Source: a virus
Lineage: Duplodnaviria; Caudoviricetes
Length of the DNA: 64,000 nucleotides
Virus record (IMG/VR): IMGVR_UViG_3300005459_000006
Span: 4,721-68,720 of that record
Reading direction: 5' to 3' (one strand)
In this document: positions 1 to 8,990 of the stretch, piece after piece
Numbering within the stretch: the stretch's first letter is position 1
How the letters are laid out: each line of letters opens with the position of its first letter
The notes under the pieces: model-generated
What the model was told of the DNA's origin: nothing
Databases searched by the model: none
The model's input: the letters and a program-made list of their open reading frames with translations, nothing else
Translations under genes and position numbers: made by a program

Positions 1-98
1 GAGTCCCGAGAAAGCCGAGGTATTCAGGACCAGATCGTCGGCAATCAGATCGTCGTTCGCTGGTCACTGATAAGAATCTTCCCGTATGGGCTAGGATT

Positions 99-329
99 AT
101 GGCGCTGGTAGGAATTCCAGGTACTATCGCCTTCTTCCTGGTCTGGACAACATCACAGACTCTTCCATCTCTTCAGTCAGAACTTTACTCAATGAGGGTA
201 GAGAATCAAAGATTAAGCCAGCTGATCAGTTTGAACCAATCCAGGACGGAAGAGAACCATCGCCTTCTCATTCGAATTTGTTCAGCAGTAACGAAAGGGG
301 ATGAACGAGCGCGCTGCTTTGATCCTTAG
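99..329 (+). CDS. small membrane-anchored protein (N-terminal hydrophobic helix plus coiled coil), function unknown
   Basis: ORF track; LVGIPGTIAFFLVW hydrophobic stretch; AGGA upstream of the ATG. Confidence 0.55.
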   Translation: MALVGIPGTIAFFLVWTTSQTLPSLQSELYSMRVENQRLSQLISLNQSRTEENHRLLIRICSAVTKGDERARCFDP

Positions 330-331
330 AT

Positions 332-517
332 ATGCCAAGTGGAGTTCTACGATTTCCTTGTATTGATAGCCGTGGACTATCCTATAAGACACATCGCTAT
401 CTAGGAGATTCTACGGTGTGTTGTCGTTGTGGAAAAGAGCTAAGCGAATCAGGGCATTGGCATCGTCGACAGAAGTTAAATGCTAAATATCTTCGATCTA
501 CTCGATCCTCCTCCTAG
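332..517 (+). CDS. small Cys/His-rich protein, possibly Zn-binding
   Basis: CCRC and HWH residues; starts 2 nt after the previous stop. Confidence 0.4.
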   Translation: MPSGVLRFPCIDSRGLSYKTHRYLGDSTVCCRCGKELSESGHWHRRQKLNAKYLRSTRSSS

Positions 518-2375
518 GCAGTTCGACTGGAAGCCAGAGCCTCCACCGAGTTCCCTCGATGGTGTGGATGAAATTTTTCTCAACTTCGAGACCACTGGAT
601 TTCGGTGGTGGGCTGGCGACAAACCTATTAGCGCATCTATCACGTATGGCGACCCAGCTAACGGATACAAGACTCACTTCATGCCGTGGGGCTTCACTGG
701 TGGAAATCTAGACGAAGCTCAAGTCAAACGATTCTTCAAGGAGCAAATTCGAGGAAAGAAAATAACGAACACGAATACCAAGTTCGAAGTCCATATGGCC
801 CGCGTCTGGGGTATAGACTTAGAAGAACAGGGAAATCGTGTTGCAGACGTTGCTCACTATGCAGCCCTCCTTGATGACCACCGGCAGCGTTTCAAGCTAG
901 ACCTTCTCATTCCAGATTTCCTCGGTCATCCTCCCGAAGTCCCTCGATTAGACGAATCGCGCATGGCCTCGTACGATGCGGCGCAAGCCGCTCCGAGAGC
1001 AATGTATCAGACATCTGTCATTCGTGAGCTCAAGGATGTAATGTGGCCTGAGCTCCAGCGACAGAATCTGGATCGTGTGCGCCTACTCGAAGAAGAACTC
1101 ATCTTTGCTACTGCCGACATGGAGTATCAAGGTGAGAAAATAGATGTTGAGAAGCTTGAGTTGTGGATCAAACAGGCCACTCAAGCTATGCAAGACATCT
1201 ACATGGAGATCTATAAGGAGACTGGACTGAAAGTTGAGTTCGGCTCCTCCGATGATAAGACCGCTCTGTTCCAGAAGCTTGGCATTCCGTTCGGTGGGAC
1301 TACTGCGACGGGTAAGGCCAGCTTCACCGATCTCATCCTGAAGCAGATTGAACATCCCACGGTTAAGAAACTCCGGCGAGGCATTCGGCTTAAGAGCCTC
1401 CTCTCGAAATATCTCCTGAAATATCGCAGAAACGTGGACAGCAATGGCATCCTTCGATATGCACTACATCAGTTGAAGGAGGCCCGGGAGGGCGAATTCG
1501 AGGAGGGCGAGGCTGGAACAGGGTTCGGTCGATTCTCTAGCACTGGCCTGTCGCGGACAGAAGGCACGAACATCCAGCAGACGATTAAGGTAGCGAAGCA
1601 GCTATCTTCGTATGGCGATGAGTTCATCATTCGCGAGCTTCACATTCCAGGAACACCTGGATATGACTATCTCTCTGCTGATGCTATGCAGATTGAGTAT
1701 AGGCTATTCGCGAATGAGGCTGGCAACCCGAAGACAATTCAGGCATACAAAGAGAATCCTGAGCTGAGCTTTCACAAGTTCATGCACGGACTTGTCAAGG
1801 AATATCAGCCCAACTTTCAGTATCGACAGCAGAAGGATCTGAACTTCGCCAAGCTCTACAACGCTGGCCTCAAGAAGATGGCGTTGATGCTGGAGTTCAT
1901 TTCCAAGGAGCAGTATCTTCAACTCGTACGAGATCAGGCAACTTCCAATCATCCTCTGCTCCAATCCACGGTTGCCATCAACAGCCTCTACAACAAGCTA
2001 GTTCCTGAGGTCAAGCCAGTCAACGACAAGGCAATGGAGATTGCCAAGACTCGAGGATACATCAAGACTATTCTCGGTCGTCGTGGCCGGTTCCCCGATG
2101 GCGTAGAGATTCATAAGGCTCTCAATCGGCGCATTCAAGGCAGTGGCGCCGATATCATGAAGGCAAAAATTGTTGAGCTTCGCAGGCATCGTAAGGAAAC
2201 TGGATTCGTGCTTCGTTATCCAGTTCATGACTCTGTTAACGGCGATATTCCTGATGCACATCACGCAGACAAAGTTCGAGAGATCCTCAATCGACAGACG
2301 TTTCCATCGCTGAAAATTCCCATTCTATGGGATCTAAAGATTGGAAAGAACTGGCGTGAATGCGGAGACGAATAG
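480..2375 (+). CDS. polA: family A DNA polymerase with a degenerate 3'-5' exonuclease domain
   Basis: Motif A SADAMQIEYR, motif B KDLNFAKLY, motif C PVHDS, GRFSS, TILGRRGRF, RRIQGSGADIMK. Confidence 0.95.
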   Translation: MLNIFDLLDPPPRQFDWKPEPPPSSLDGVDEIFLNFETTGFRWWAGDKPISASITYGDPANGYKTHFMPWGFTGGNLDEAQVKRFFKEQIRGKKITNTNTKFEVHMARVWGIDLEEQGNRVADVAHYAALLDDHRQRFKLDLLIPDFLGHPPEVPRLDESRMASYDAAQAAPRAMYQTSVIRELKDVMWPELQRQNLDRVRLLEEELIFATADMEYQGEKIDVEKLELWIKQATQAMQDIYMEIYKETGLKVEFGSSDDKTALFQKLGIPFGGTTATGKASFTDLILKQIEHPTVKKLRRGIRLKSLLSKYLLKYRRNVDSNGILRYALHQLKEAREGEFEEGEAGTGFGRFSSTGLSRTEGTNIQQTIKVAKQLSSYGDEFIIRELHIPGTPGYDYLSADAMQIEYRLFANEAGNPKTIQAYKENPELSFHKFMHGLVKEYQPNFQYRQQKDLNFAKLYNAGLKKMALMLEFISKEQYLQLVRDQATSNHPLLQSTVAINSLYNKLVPEVKPVNDKAMEIAKTRGYIKTILGRRGRFPDGVEIHKALNRRIQGSGADIMKAKIVELRRHRKETGFVLRYPVHDSVNGDIPDAHHADKVREILNRQTFPSLKIPILWDLKIGKNWRECGDE

Positions 2376-2384
2376 GAGAACAGC

Positions 2385-3335
2385 ATGGCTGACGTCACAA
2401 TTCCTCCACCTCCCTCGACTGTTGAAGAAGCGGTGAGGTTGTCCAACCTGATGGCCTACGGCTTCGAGAAACATCAGGACATCGGGTACTGGAATCGCTA
2501 CACCGAGGATCCCGTCTACTTCTGGAAGCGGATGCTTGGCTGGCAGGCAGGTCAAGAGGATGCTCCACGATTTGGGTTCTACGCAAATCCCAGGACACCG
2601 TGGAATGGAGGCAGAATGCAGGACTACAGAAGAATCTTCACAGAGACACTGGCCGATTTCGAATCGCCGATCGTTCCGAAGGATCAAGCCGACGCTGGAA
2701 AGGGTCAGCTCCTCGTCCGTGCAGGTTTCAAGATCTACACCGCCGGGGATACCAACGTCGGCTACATCAAGAAGAATCCCGGCCAGACGCAATACCTCGG
2801 TGTCTCTGTTGACTCGCTCAAGGACAAGAGAGACGGATCCTGGGACGACTATATCACCGACGTGGCAGTCGAGGGAGACCCGAACTCGCGCGAAATCAGG
2901 GTCACCCGTACCGCTCATCCCGCCGAGGGAACGCCGCCGTATGCTGACTGGGTTGAGCCGACGGTGATGTATACGCAGCAGTCCGGGCCGATGAAGCTCA
3001 AGGACCGGCCGTCGCCAAACCCGGAACCGTCGGACGCCATCGTCATCAAGAAGCTCGACGAGATCCAGCTTGCCCTGTCCGCGATGGACCAGAAGCTGAA
3101 CCAGTTGGCCCTTCAGGCCGACCAGAACACCGAGAAGATCCAGACCCAGATCCACGATCTGGTTGAGGACGTCGAGGACAGCATGAAGCAGGTGCTCCCG
3201 CTCATCACCTGCCGTTATCAGGCAGATCCCTCGACTGGTCCTTCCGGTGGTCTGGCGGGGACAATCGGCTCAACGGTCGGTACGATTCTGGGTGGCTTGT
3301 TTGCGAGAACGAGAGCGCGAAGGGCGAAGCAGTAG
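2385..3335 (+). CDS. hypothetical protein with C-terminal coiled coil and Gly-rich hydrophobic/basic tail
   Basis: 316-aa ORF with AGGAG RBS; no family recognised. Confidence 0.7.
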   Translation: MADVTIPPPPSTVEEAVRLSNLMAYGFEKHQDIGYWNRYTEDPVYFWKRMLGWQAGQEDAPRFGFYANPRTPWNGGRMQDYRRIFTETLADFESPIVPKDQADAGKGQLLVRAGFKIYTAGDTNVGYIKKNPGQTQYLGVSVDSLKDKRDGSWDDYITDVAVEGDPNSREIRVTRTAHPAEGTPPYADWVEPTVMYTQQSGPMKLKDRPSPNPEPSDAIVIKKLDEIQLALSAMDQKLNQLALQADQNTEKIQTQIHDLVEDVEDSMKQVLPLITCRYQADPSTGPSGGLAGTIGSTVGTILGGLFARTRARRAKQ

Positions 3336-3400
3336 GCATAGGAGTCGGGCGTGAGCAGCGCCCGACTCAACTTTTATCTGGACTATGTACGAATTTGGAT

Positions 3401-3429
3401 TTGCTTTTTTAACCGTTTTGTGCTATACT
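3401..3429 (+). promoter_or_regulatory. sigma70-type promoter for the VRR-NUC/DNA-modification operon
   Basis: TTGCTT-17 nt-TATACT with extended -10 TG. Confidence 0.7.
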
Positions 3430-3443
3430 GTATTGGTGGTCTA

Positions 3444-3824
3444 ATGAATGAAGCGTTTGTGAAGGCAAACCTCACGACGTATCTGCGAGCTAACTTATTG
3501 CGCGCAGTCATTCTTAGACACGAAGATCGTTCAACATATGGCATACCAGATCTTAGCGTCACGATGTGTGGATCCACATCGTGGTGGGAGGTCAAGTTTG
3601 CCAATCCTGATTGCAGATCGCGAGGCGCTCAGGATCTTACAATGCGACGTCTCGGAAATGTGGGAAAGGCGTACTACCTTATTTTCGAGATCGATAAAAC
3701 AAAGGAGAAACGAATGCACATAGTCACTCCCAATGACTATGTGAAGTGGGAACAGTCCGGGGATATGATGATTGGCTTTGACCACGCTTGGGTCACGGAC
3801 TTCATCAAGGCGGTTCACAAATGA
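3444..3824 (+). CDS. VRR-NUC (PD-(D/E)xK) nuclease
   Basis: YGIPDL...WWEVK...Q motif; start reassigned to ATG 3444, downstream of the promoter. Confidence 0.8.
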   Translation: MNEAFVKANLTTYLRANLLRAVILRHEDRSTYGIPDLSVTMCGSTSWWEVKFANPDCRSRGAQDLTMRRLGNVGKAYYLIFEIDKTKEKRMHIVTPNDYVKWEQSGDMMIGFDHAWVTDFIKAVHK

Positions 3825-4027
3825 TTATGTCAGATCGCGACGTCTTTGCAGGTGCCCATGTCACGCCGGAGGTGAAAGATGCACTCCGGCAACTATCGCT
3901 GAAGCAGAACAAGTCCATGTCGGCTTTGATCTACGAAGCCATCAAAGATAAACTGGCGAAGGAAGGTGTCGAGGTAACTCGTGCATCTTCCAACGAAGAA
4001 GACGTTCCGCTGCCGTTCGTGCATTAA
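3821..4027 (+). CDS. ribbon-helix-helix (CopG/Arc-like) DNA-binding protein
   Basis: beta strand VFAGAHV followed by PEVKDALRQLS and SMSALIYEAI helices. Confidence 0.65.
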   Translation: MIMSDRDVFAGAHVTPEVKDALRQLSLKQNKSMSALIYEAIKDKLAKEGVEVTRASSNEEDVPLPFVH

Positions 4028-4642
4028 ATGCCCGGCCCGGCGACCCAGACGCTCATCCGGACGTATTCCGGGCTTGAGCTAGACGTGTGCCGTCTCGAGC
4101 CTGACTTAATCCGCATTGAAGACATAGCTCACGCTCTCGCCCTTTGTAATCGTTTCGCTGGTCACACCAAGCGACCGATTTCTGTCGCGCAGCACTCCGT
4201 CTATGCTGCGCGAATTGTTGCTGAGCTTCTTGCTAGAGGCCCAGACTCTGCCGTTAATCATCATAGTATTATTCGTCAGGCTCTTCTACATGACGCCGCA
4301 GAAGCGTATGTCGGTGACGTCACTAAGTGGCTGAAGCAGACCAAGATCTTCGAGAATTATCGTATTCTTGAAGATATCATACAAGCCAAGATCTACAGAA
4401 AGTTCGGCTGCCCTGTTGACCAACACGAATTCGTTAGCTACGCAGACCGCATCCTAGTCCTATTCGAGGGAAGGAAAGGGTTCGGTCCTGGATTTGTCAT
4501 TGACCATCCTGACTATCCCAATCTCAGCCAATCAGAAATCGATCTAATCGGGCCGTGGTCTCCGTGGTCCTGGAAGTCAGCCGAAGAACTCTTCCTTGTT
4601 CACTATCGAATGTATGCTGAGGTGATGGGTGCTGGAACTTAA
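4028..4642 (+). CDS. HD-domain phosphohydrolase (YfbR/5'-deoxynucleotidase-like)
   Basis: EDIAHALALCNRFAGH, SVAQHS, LLHDAAEAYVGD, YADRI. Confidence 0.9.
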   Translation: MPGPATQTLIRTYSGLELDVCRLEPDLIRIEDIAHALALCNRFAGHTKRPISVAQHSVYAARIVAELLARGPDSAVNHHSIIRQALLHDAAEAYVGDVTKWLKQTKIFENYRILEDIIQAKIYRKFGCPVDQHEFVSYADRILVLFEGRKGFGPGFVIDHPDYPNLSQSEIDLIGPWSPWSWKSAEELFLVHYRMYAEVMGAGT

Positions 4643-5492
4643 ATACGCCACCGGCTTCTTCGAGACAGCTCGTGAACGCTACAATATCAAGCTGAAGCGT
4701 GAAGCCGGTGAGCCACCTCCATGGACTACTGACAAGCAATTCCGTCAGTGGCGGTTCTGTCACGTTCACAGAGAGCACGACAAGACAACTCGGTGGTTCC
4801 GTGAGACTGTCCGTAAGCATCTGGACGAGCTCGCAGCCACTCGTGCGACCGTGGCCTTTCGATGGTTCAACCGAATCGAGACCGGGGAGCTCATTGTAGA
4901 TCTGCTGGTTGACAAGTGGGATTCCCAAGAAGCTGAACGCCGTCTCCGAGGAGTTGCTCCGATAGTCACCGGCGCCTACATCATCAAAGGCTATGATGGA
5001 TACCCAAAACTAGAGGGTGTCCTCAAGTGCATCGATGAGGCTTTTCCACGACTTCCTCCGATGGTTGAAAAGTGGAAGGCCAAACCCTCCCTCGAAGCCG
5101 CGTGGCGGGATCTCACGACCCTGAACTATCTGGGCGGTTTCATGGCCTATGAGATCGTCTCTGATCTGCGCTGGACACCGTTCTTATCAGTCGCGCCCGA
5201 TATACTCACATGGGCGAACGCTGGTCCCGGCTGTGCTCGAGGACTCAGCTGGACTGTGGATGGGCATGTCGGTCGCTTTGGCACTGGTCCCAGCGATCAG
5301 AGAACCATGCTCAGCCTGATGCGTGAGATTCTCGCCATGAGCCGGGACGAACAGTACTGGCCGCAGAAATGGCACACGTGGGAAATGAGGGAGGTAGAGC
5401 ACTGGATGTGCGAGTGGGACAAGTATTGTCGCGCTCGCAGCGGTGAGTCGATGAAACGAAAGTTCGTAGCTCCTCGGACAGCGTATGCTTGA
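4629..5492 (+). CDS. 5-hmdU DNA kinase family (formerly alpha-glutamyl/putrescinylthymine pyrophosphorylase clade 1)
   Basis: WTTDKQFRQWRFCHVHREHDKTT, FRWFN, GGFMAYEIVSDL, NAGPGCARGL, EVEHWMCEWDKY; lies next to a dUMP-modifying TS homolog. Confidence 0.8.
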   Translation: MLELKYATGFFETARERYNIKLKREAGEPPPWTTDKQFRQWRFCHVHREHDKTTRWFRETVRKHLDELAATRATVAFRWFNRIETGELIVDLLVDKWDSQEAERRLRGVAPIVTGAYIIKGYDGYPKLEGVLKCIDEAFPRLPPMVEKWKAKPSLEAAWRDLTTLNYLGGFMAYEIVSDLRWTPFLSVAPDILTWANAGPGCARGLSWTVDGHVGRFGTGPSDQRTMLSLMREILAMSRDEQYWPQKWHTWEMREVEHWMCEWDKYCRARSGESMKRKFVAPRTAYA

Positions 5493-6225
5493 TACGGTTA
5501 TCTGCATTCCGTCCCGTCGCAAGCCTCCGCTGAAGAGCTTGATGAGCTACCAGACTGCTCCATTCGAGGTGATTATCGTCGCAGACCCTGAGTTCGTAGG
5601 CATACACGAGCAGTTCTATCATGCTATCCGTAATATTACCGTAGTCGAGGGAGGTCGTGGAAACGGTCCTCAGTGTGCGGCGTGCTATCGTGCCGCAGCG
5701 AAGGCTGGATTCCCCTATTTCTTCAAGATGGATGACGACCTCTTACCGAAGACCTTTGTTGGGATGGACGGCTTTATCGATTTACCCATCGCAATTCGTG
5801 TCGCTCGTGAATGCTTAGATGTCACCAAGACCACTCATGCGGGCTTCTGCAATACCTCCCGAAGAGATTGGCTCGGTGATGGCTACGCCAGAACTTGGGG
5901 GCTAATCCATGGCGGAGGAAACATCGGAATCAGCGCCGAAGACCCCTCGCGTTTCATCGACGAACGACTTGTACGAGCGGAAGATGTATATCGAACATGC
6001 GCTCACCGCGAACTCGACGGTGCCGTCGGACGGGTCAAGTTTATCGGATTTGATAAGAAAGGGTCTGCTGATACCTCTGCGGATTCTAGCTCCAGAACGA
6101 TACGACAAGAAGACTTTGATCGAACCCGCGACATCGTCCTCCAACGGTTCTCCCGATACGTCAGTTGTGAAGGAACCAGAAAAGTCAACGGAATAGATAT
6201 ACCGAACTGGAAGATGAAGCGATAG
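5485..6225 (+). CDS. GT-A fold glycosyltransferase (TET-associated/JGT-like), copy 1
   Basis: ICIPSR N-terminal strand, KMDDDL metal motif, RAEDVY catalytic region. Confidence 0.7.
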   Translation: MLDTVICIPSRRKPPLKSLMSYQTAPFEVIIVADPEFVGIHEQFYHAIRNITVVEGGRGNGPQCAACYRAAAKAGFPYFFKMDDDLLPKTFVGMDGFIDLPIAIRVARECLDVTKTTHAGFCNTSRRDWLGDGYARTWGLIHGGGNIGISAEDPSRFIDERLVRAEDVYRTCAHRELDGAVGRVKFIGFDKKGSADTSADSSSRTIRQEDFDRTRDIVLQRFSRYVSCEGTRKVNGIDIPNWKMKR

Positions 6226-6236
6226 AGGTTATCATA

Positions 6237-7085
6237 ATGGATCTAACTGTGTTCATCCCAACTCGGGGACGCAGTTCAATGGAACATATCACGATCAATG
6301 AGATGAAGAAGTTTTCATCTCGCAAGCCCATCGTGGTTTGTCCATCCAAAGAAGCCTTCCACTACAAGAACTACGCCAATTCCGAGGTGATGGAATGCCC
6401 GCACGACGGGATTGGCCCGACTCGTCAGTTCATTCTGGAGAACAGTCCAACCCGCGGTGTCGTCATGCTCGACGACGACATGTATTTTTCCTACCGACCC
6501 ATCCCTACGCTTGGAGGAGCGGGCTGCTTGGAGCGAGTTACTGATATCGATCCAATGTTCCAATGGATTAGTGACCAGCTTGACTCGGGCTTCATGCACG
6601 GCGGTATTTCAGCACGACAGGGCAATCAGAACATCGAGCTTCAATCCGCCGATTGCATTCGGGTCAACAATGCTCACTTCTTCGATGCACAGGTCTATCG
6701 TAATCTCGGTCTCCGATTCGATGTCCTCCCCGTCATGGAAGATTTCTACGTTACGCTTTCACTTCTCTGTATGGGTTATCCAAATCGCGTGGCATACCAC
6801 TATTGTTGGAGTCAACGAGGCAGTGGTGCAAAGGGTGGATGCTCACTGTATCGAACTGCAGACCTCCAAGCGACCGCAGCCGAGCAGCTCCGTACTCTCT
6901 TTCCATCATACGTCAAAGTGGTCGAAAAAGAAAGTGACTCGCAGGTTGGCGTCATGGCGAAAAGAAAAGATGTCAACATCGCGTGGCTCGAGGCATGGAA
7001 GCGCGAGGGAATCCCTAACCACATCAAACTGACAGCATCCGACAACGGCTACAAGCCGGGGACTCCAGACTTGAGGAGACGATGA
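6237..7085 (+). CDS. GT-A fold glycosyltransferase (TET-associated/JGT-like), copy 2
   Basis: VFIPTRGR, GIGPTRQFIL, MLDDDM, MEDFYVTLSLL..G, GGCSLYR. Confidence 0.8.
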   Translation: MDLTVFIPTRGRSSMEHITINEMKKFSSRKPIVVCPSKEAFHYKNYANSEVMECPHDGIGPTRQFILENSPTRGVVMLDDDMYFSYRPIPTLGGAGCLERVTDIDPMFQWISDQLDSGFMHGGISARQGNQNIELQSADCIRVNNAHFFDAQVYRNLGLRFDVLPVMEDFYVTLSLLCMGYPNRVAYHYCWSQRGSGAKGGCSLYRTADLQATAAEQLRTLFPSYVKVVEKESDSQVGVMAKRKDVNIAWLEAWKREGIPNHIKLTASDNGYKPGTPDLRRR

Positions 7086-8182
7086 AAGTTCTTGAGGTTA
7101 GGAACGTCCACGAAGCTCTTCCTCGAGCCTTGCGCTTACTGCGACAGGAAGCTGTGTATCGCGAGAGTCGCAATGGACCGGTCTACGTGACGCCCTATCC
7201 AGTCACTACGGTCTACAACAGGCCATCCGAGCGAGTCATGCTCTGGCCTCAGCGGGATGCCAACCCCTTCTTCCACCTCTATGAATCGTTGTGGATGCTG
7301 GCAGGCCGCAACGATGTCGCTTCGCTCATCAAGTATGCGAAGCAGATGGCACAGTATTCGGACGACGGTAAGATCTTGCACGGTGCTTACGGGAAGCGAT
7401 GGCGCGATTGGTTCTCCCTTGGCTCTTCGAGGGACCAACTCCAAGTCATCGCCGAGCGCTTGACCAAAGATCCCAATGATCGTCGCTGTGTCCTACAGAT
7501 GTGGGACTCGGAGAAAGATCTTGGGAAGCCGTTCAAGGATGTGCCATGTAATACCATCACCACCTTCCAGAGAAATCTGGATGGGTCCTTGGACCTGACA
7601 ATCTTCTGCCGTTCCAATGACATCATCTGGGGTGCCTACGGAGCGAACGCAGTCCATTTCTCGATGCTCCTCGAATACATGGCAAATTGGATTGAATGTC
7701 CAGTGGGCCGTATGTATCAAGTGAGTACGAACTGGCACGCATACGCTGATATCTTGAAGGGCGTCATCAGTCTTGCCGAGATGATGGAATACAGTGGTTT
7801 CATCCATCAGCCATATCAAGAGGGATCTAAAGTTGATGTGACTGATTCCAGTACGATTGGCAAGAAGTACATCGAGACACCACGACTTCGGGTCTATCCC
7901 ATTCAAGGCACGATCAAAGAGGTGGACCGCAACATCGAGCTGATTTTGAAAGCTGCCGATGCGGATGGGATGGATGAAGCACTTCATTTCCGATATCGTT
8001 ATGCTGTTAACTGGTATGTGATGCTCCAAGCACATCAGGCATACCGCCAACGATCATCGGATGGAAGTCATTATCGTAAGGCGCTGGAATGCTTGGAGAC
8101 GGGCGACCAAGATTGTGACTGGATCGTCGCTGGCCAGGAATGGATGTCACGGCGGCTCAGCGCACATCTTGCCAAGGCATGA
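7082..8182 (+). CDS. thymidylate synthase family protein, probably dUMP hydroxymethylase
   Basis: NPFFHLYESLWMLAG, GAYGKRW, RRCVLQMWD, catalytic PCN, RSNDIIWGAYGAN (Asn at the dUMP-specificity position). Confidence 0.85.
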   Translation: MKVLEVRNVHEALPRALRLLRQEAVYRESRNGPVYVTPYPVTTVYNRPSERVMLWPQRDANPFFHLYESLWMLAGRNDVASLIKYAKQMAQYSDDGKILHGAYGKRWRDWFSLGSSRDQLQVIAERLTKDPNDRRCVLQMWDSEKDLGKPFKDVPCNTITTFQRNLDGSLDLTIFCRSNDIIWGAYGANAVHFSMLLEYMANWIECPVGRMYQVSTNWHAYADILKGVISLAEMMEYSGFIHQPYQEGSKVDVTDSSTIGKKYIETPRLRVYPIQGTIKEVDRNIELILKAADADGMDEALHFRYRYAVNWYVMLQAHQAYRQRSSDGSHYRKALECLETGDQDCDWIVAGQEWMSRRLSAHLAKA

Positions 8183-8715
8183 AGATAAGCTCGAAGAGAG
8201 AGTTCTTCGAGAAGTGGAAACAAGGACTTCTCGGTAACGCGACGCGTCTATGGTGGGATCCAAATGAGGCATGGGCTTCAGACGCCAAAGAGTTCGGTTT
8301 CCGTGAACATCGTGCTGGCGGAGGGACATGGGAGCGTGTACCACGCGACAGTTTTTGGGAGACTGTCACGATATGGCGAATCGCGGGGCGCACTTTCACT
8401 ATGGACGACGTCTGTCCAGACGAGCATCAAACCATCCAGGGTGAAATTTGTAGAACTTTCCGTGGCCTCGAAGGATATATTGGAGCAAGTCATCTTCCTA
8501 TGCGAAAGGCGATGGCCGCGGGAATCCTTAGGCATCGTAGCTCTCTCGAGACCCTTGTGCTTATTAATGAATTCATGGACCCATCATCTCGAGATGATGT
8601 TGACGCCTTCTTCGAACTTTTCCCTGACGCTACCATTGAGTTTACCTGTTTCTCGGTCAACGTTGGGAACATCCCGAACCGCAACACACTCTTCTGGGAA
8701 GTGAGGAACTATTAA
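8179..8715 (+). CDS. hypothetical protein translationally coupled to the TS homolog
   Basis: ATGA overlap with the upstream stop; 178 aa ending FWEVRNY. Confidence 0.7.
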   Translation: MKISSKREFFEKWKQGLLGNATRLWWDPNEAWASDAKEFGFREHRAGGGTWERVPRDSFWETVTIWRIAGRTFTMDDVCPDEHQTIQGEICRTFRGLEGYIGASHLPMRKAMAAGILRHRSSLETLVLINEFMDPSSRDDVDAFFELFPDATIEFTCFSVNVGNIPNRNTLFWEVRNY

Positions 8716-8990
8716 TGGGCATCAATAGCGACCGTTGGCGTATCGAAGATGGAAAGATTGTTAAGGTTAGCAACGGTCAGCCCATCCCAGACGACGAGCC
8801 AATCTTCATCCTGCGCGCTCGAGATCGACTTGCCGTTGCTGCCCTCTCTCACTACATCGAGCTTGCGGAAGGAGATGGTTGCAATGACTATCTTCTGGAC
8901 AGTGTCCGTGAAATGCTTGGACGATTTCAGGACTTCGCTTGGAATAATCCGCAGAAGATGAAGCAGCCTGGAGTCACACGTGGAAAATAG
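8715..8990 (+). CDS. conserved-looking phage hypothetical protein (EPIFILRARD motif)
   Basis: TAATG coupling to the upstream gene; motif recalled from small phage proteins. Confidence 0.65.
   Translation: MGINSDRWRIEDGKIVKVSNGQPIPDDEPIFILRARDRLAVAALSHYIELAEGDGCNDYLLDSVREMLGRFQDFAWNNPQKMKQPGVTRGK

Noticed and set aside
4028-4642. Z-genome (2-aminoadenine) pathway suggested by a DatZ-like HD enzyme
   Set aside because: No PurZ (adenylosuccinate synthetase-like) or MazZ gene; neighbours point to thymidine modification.
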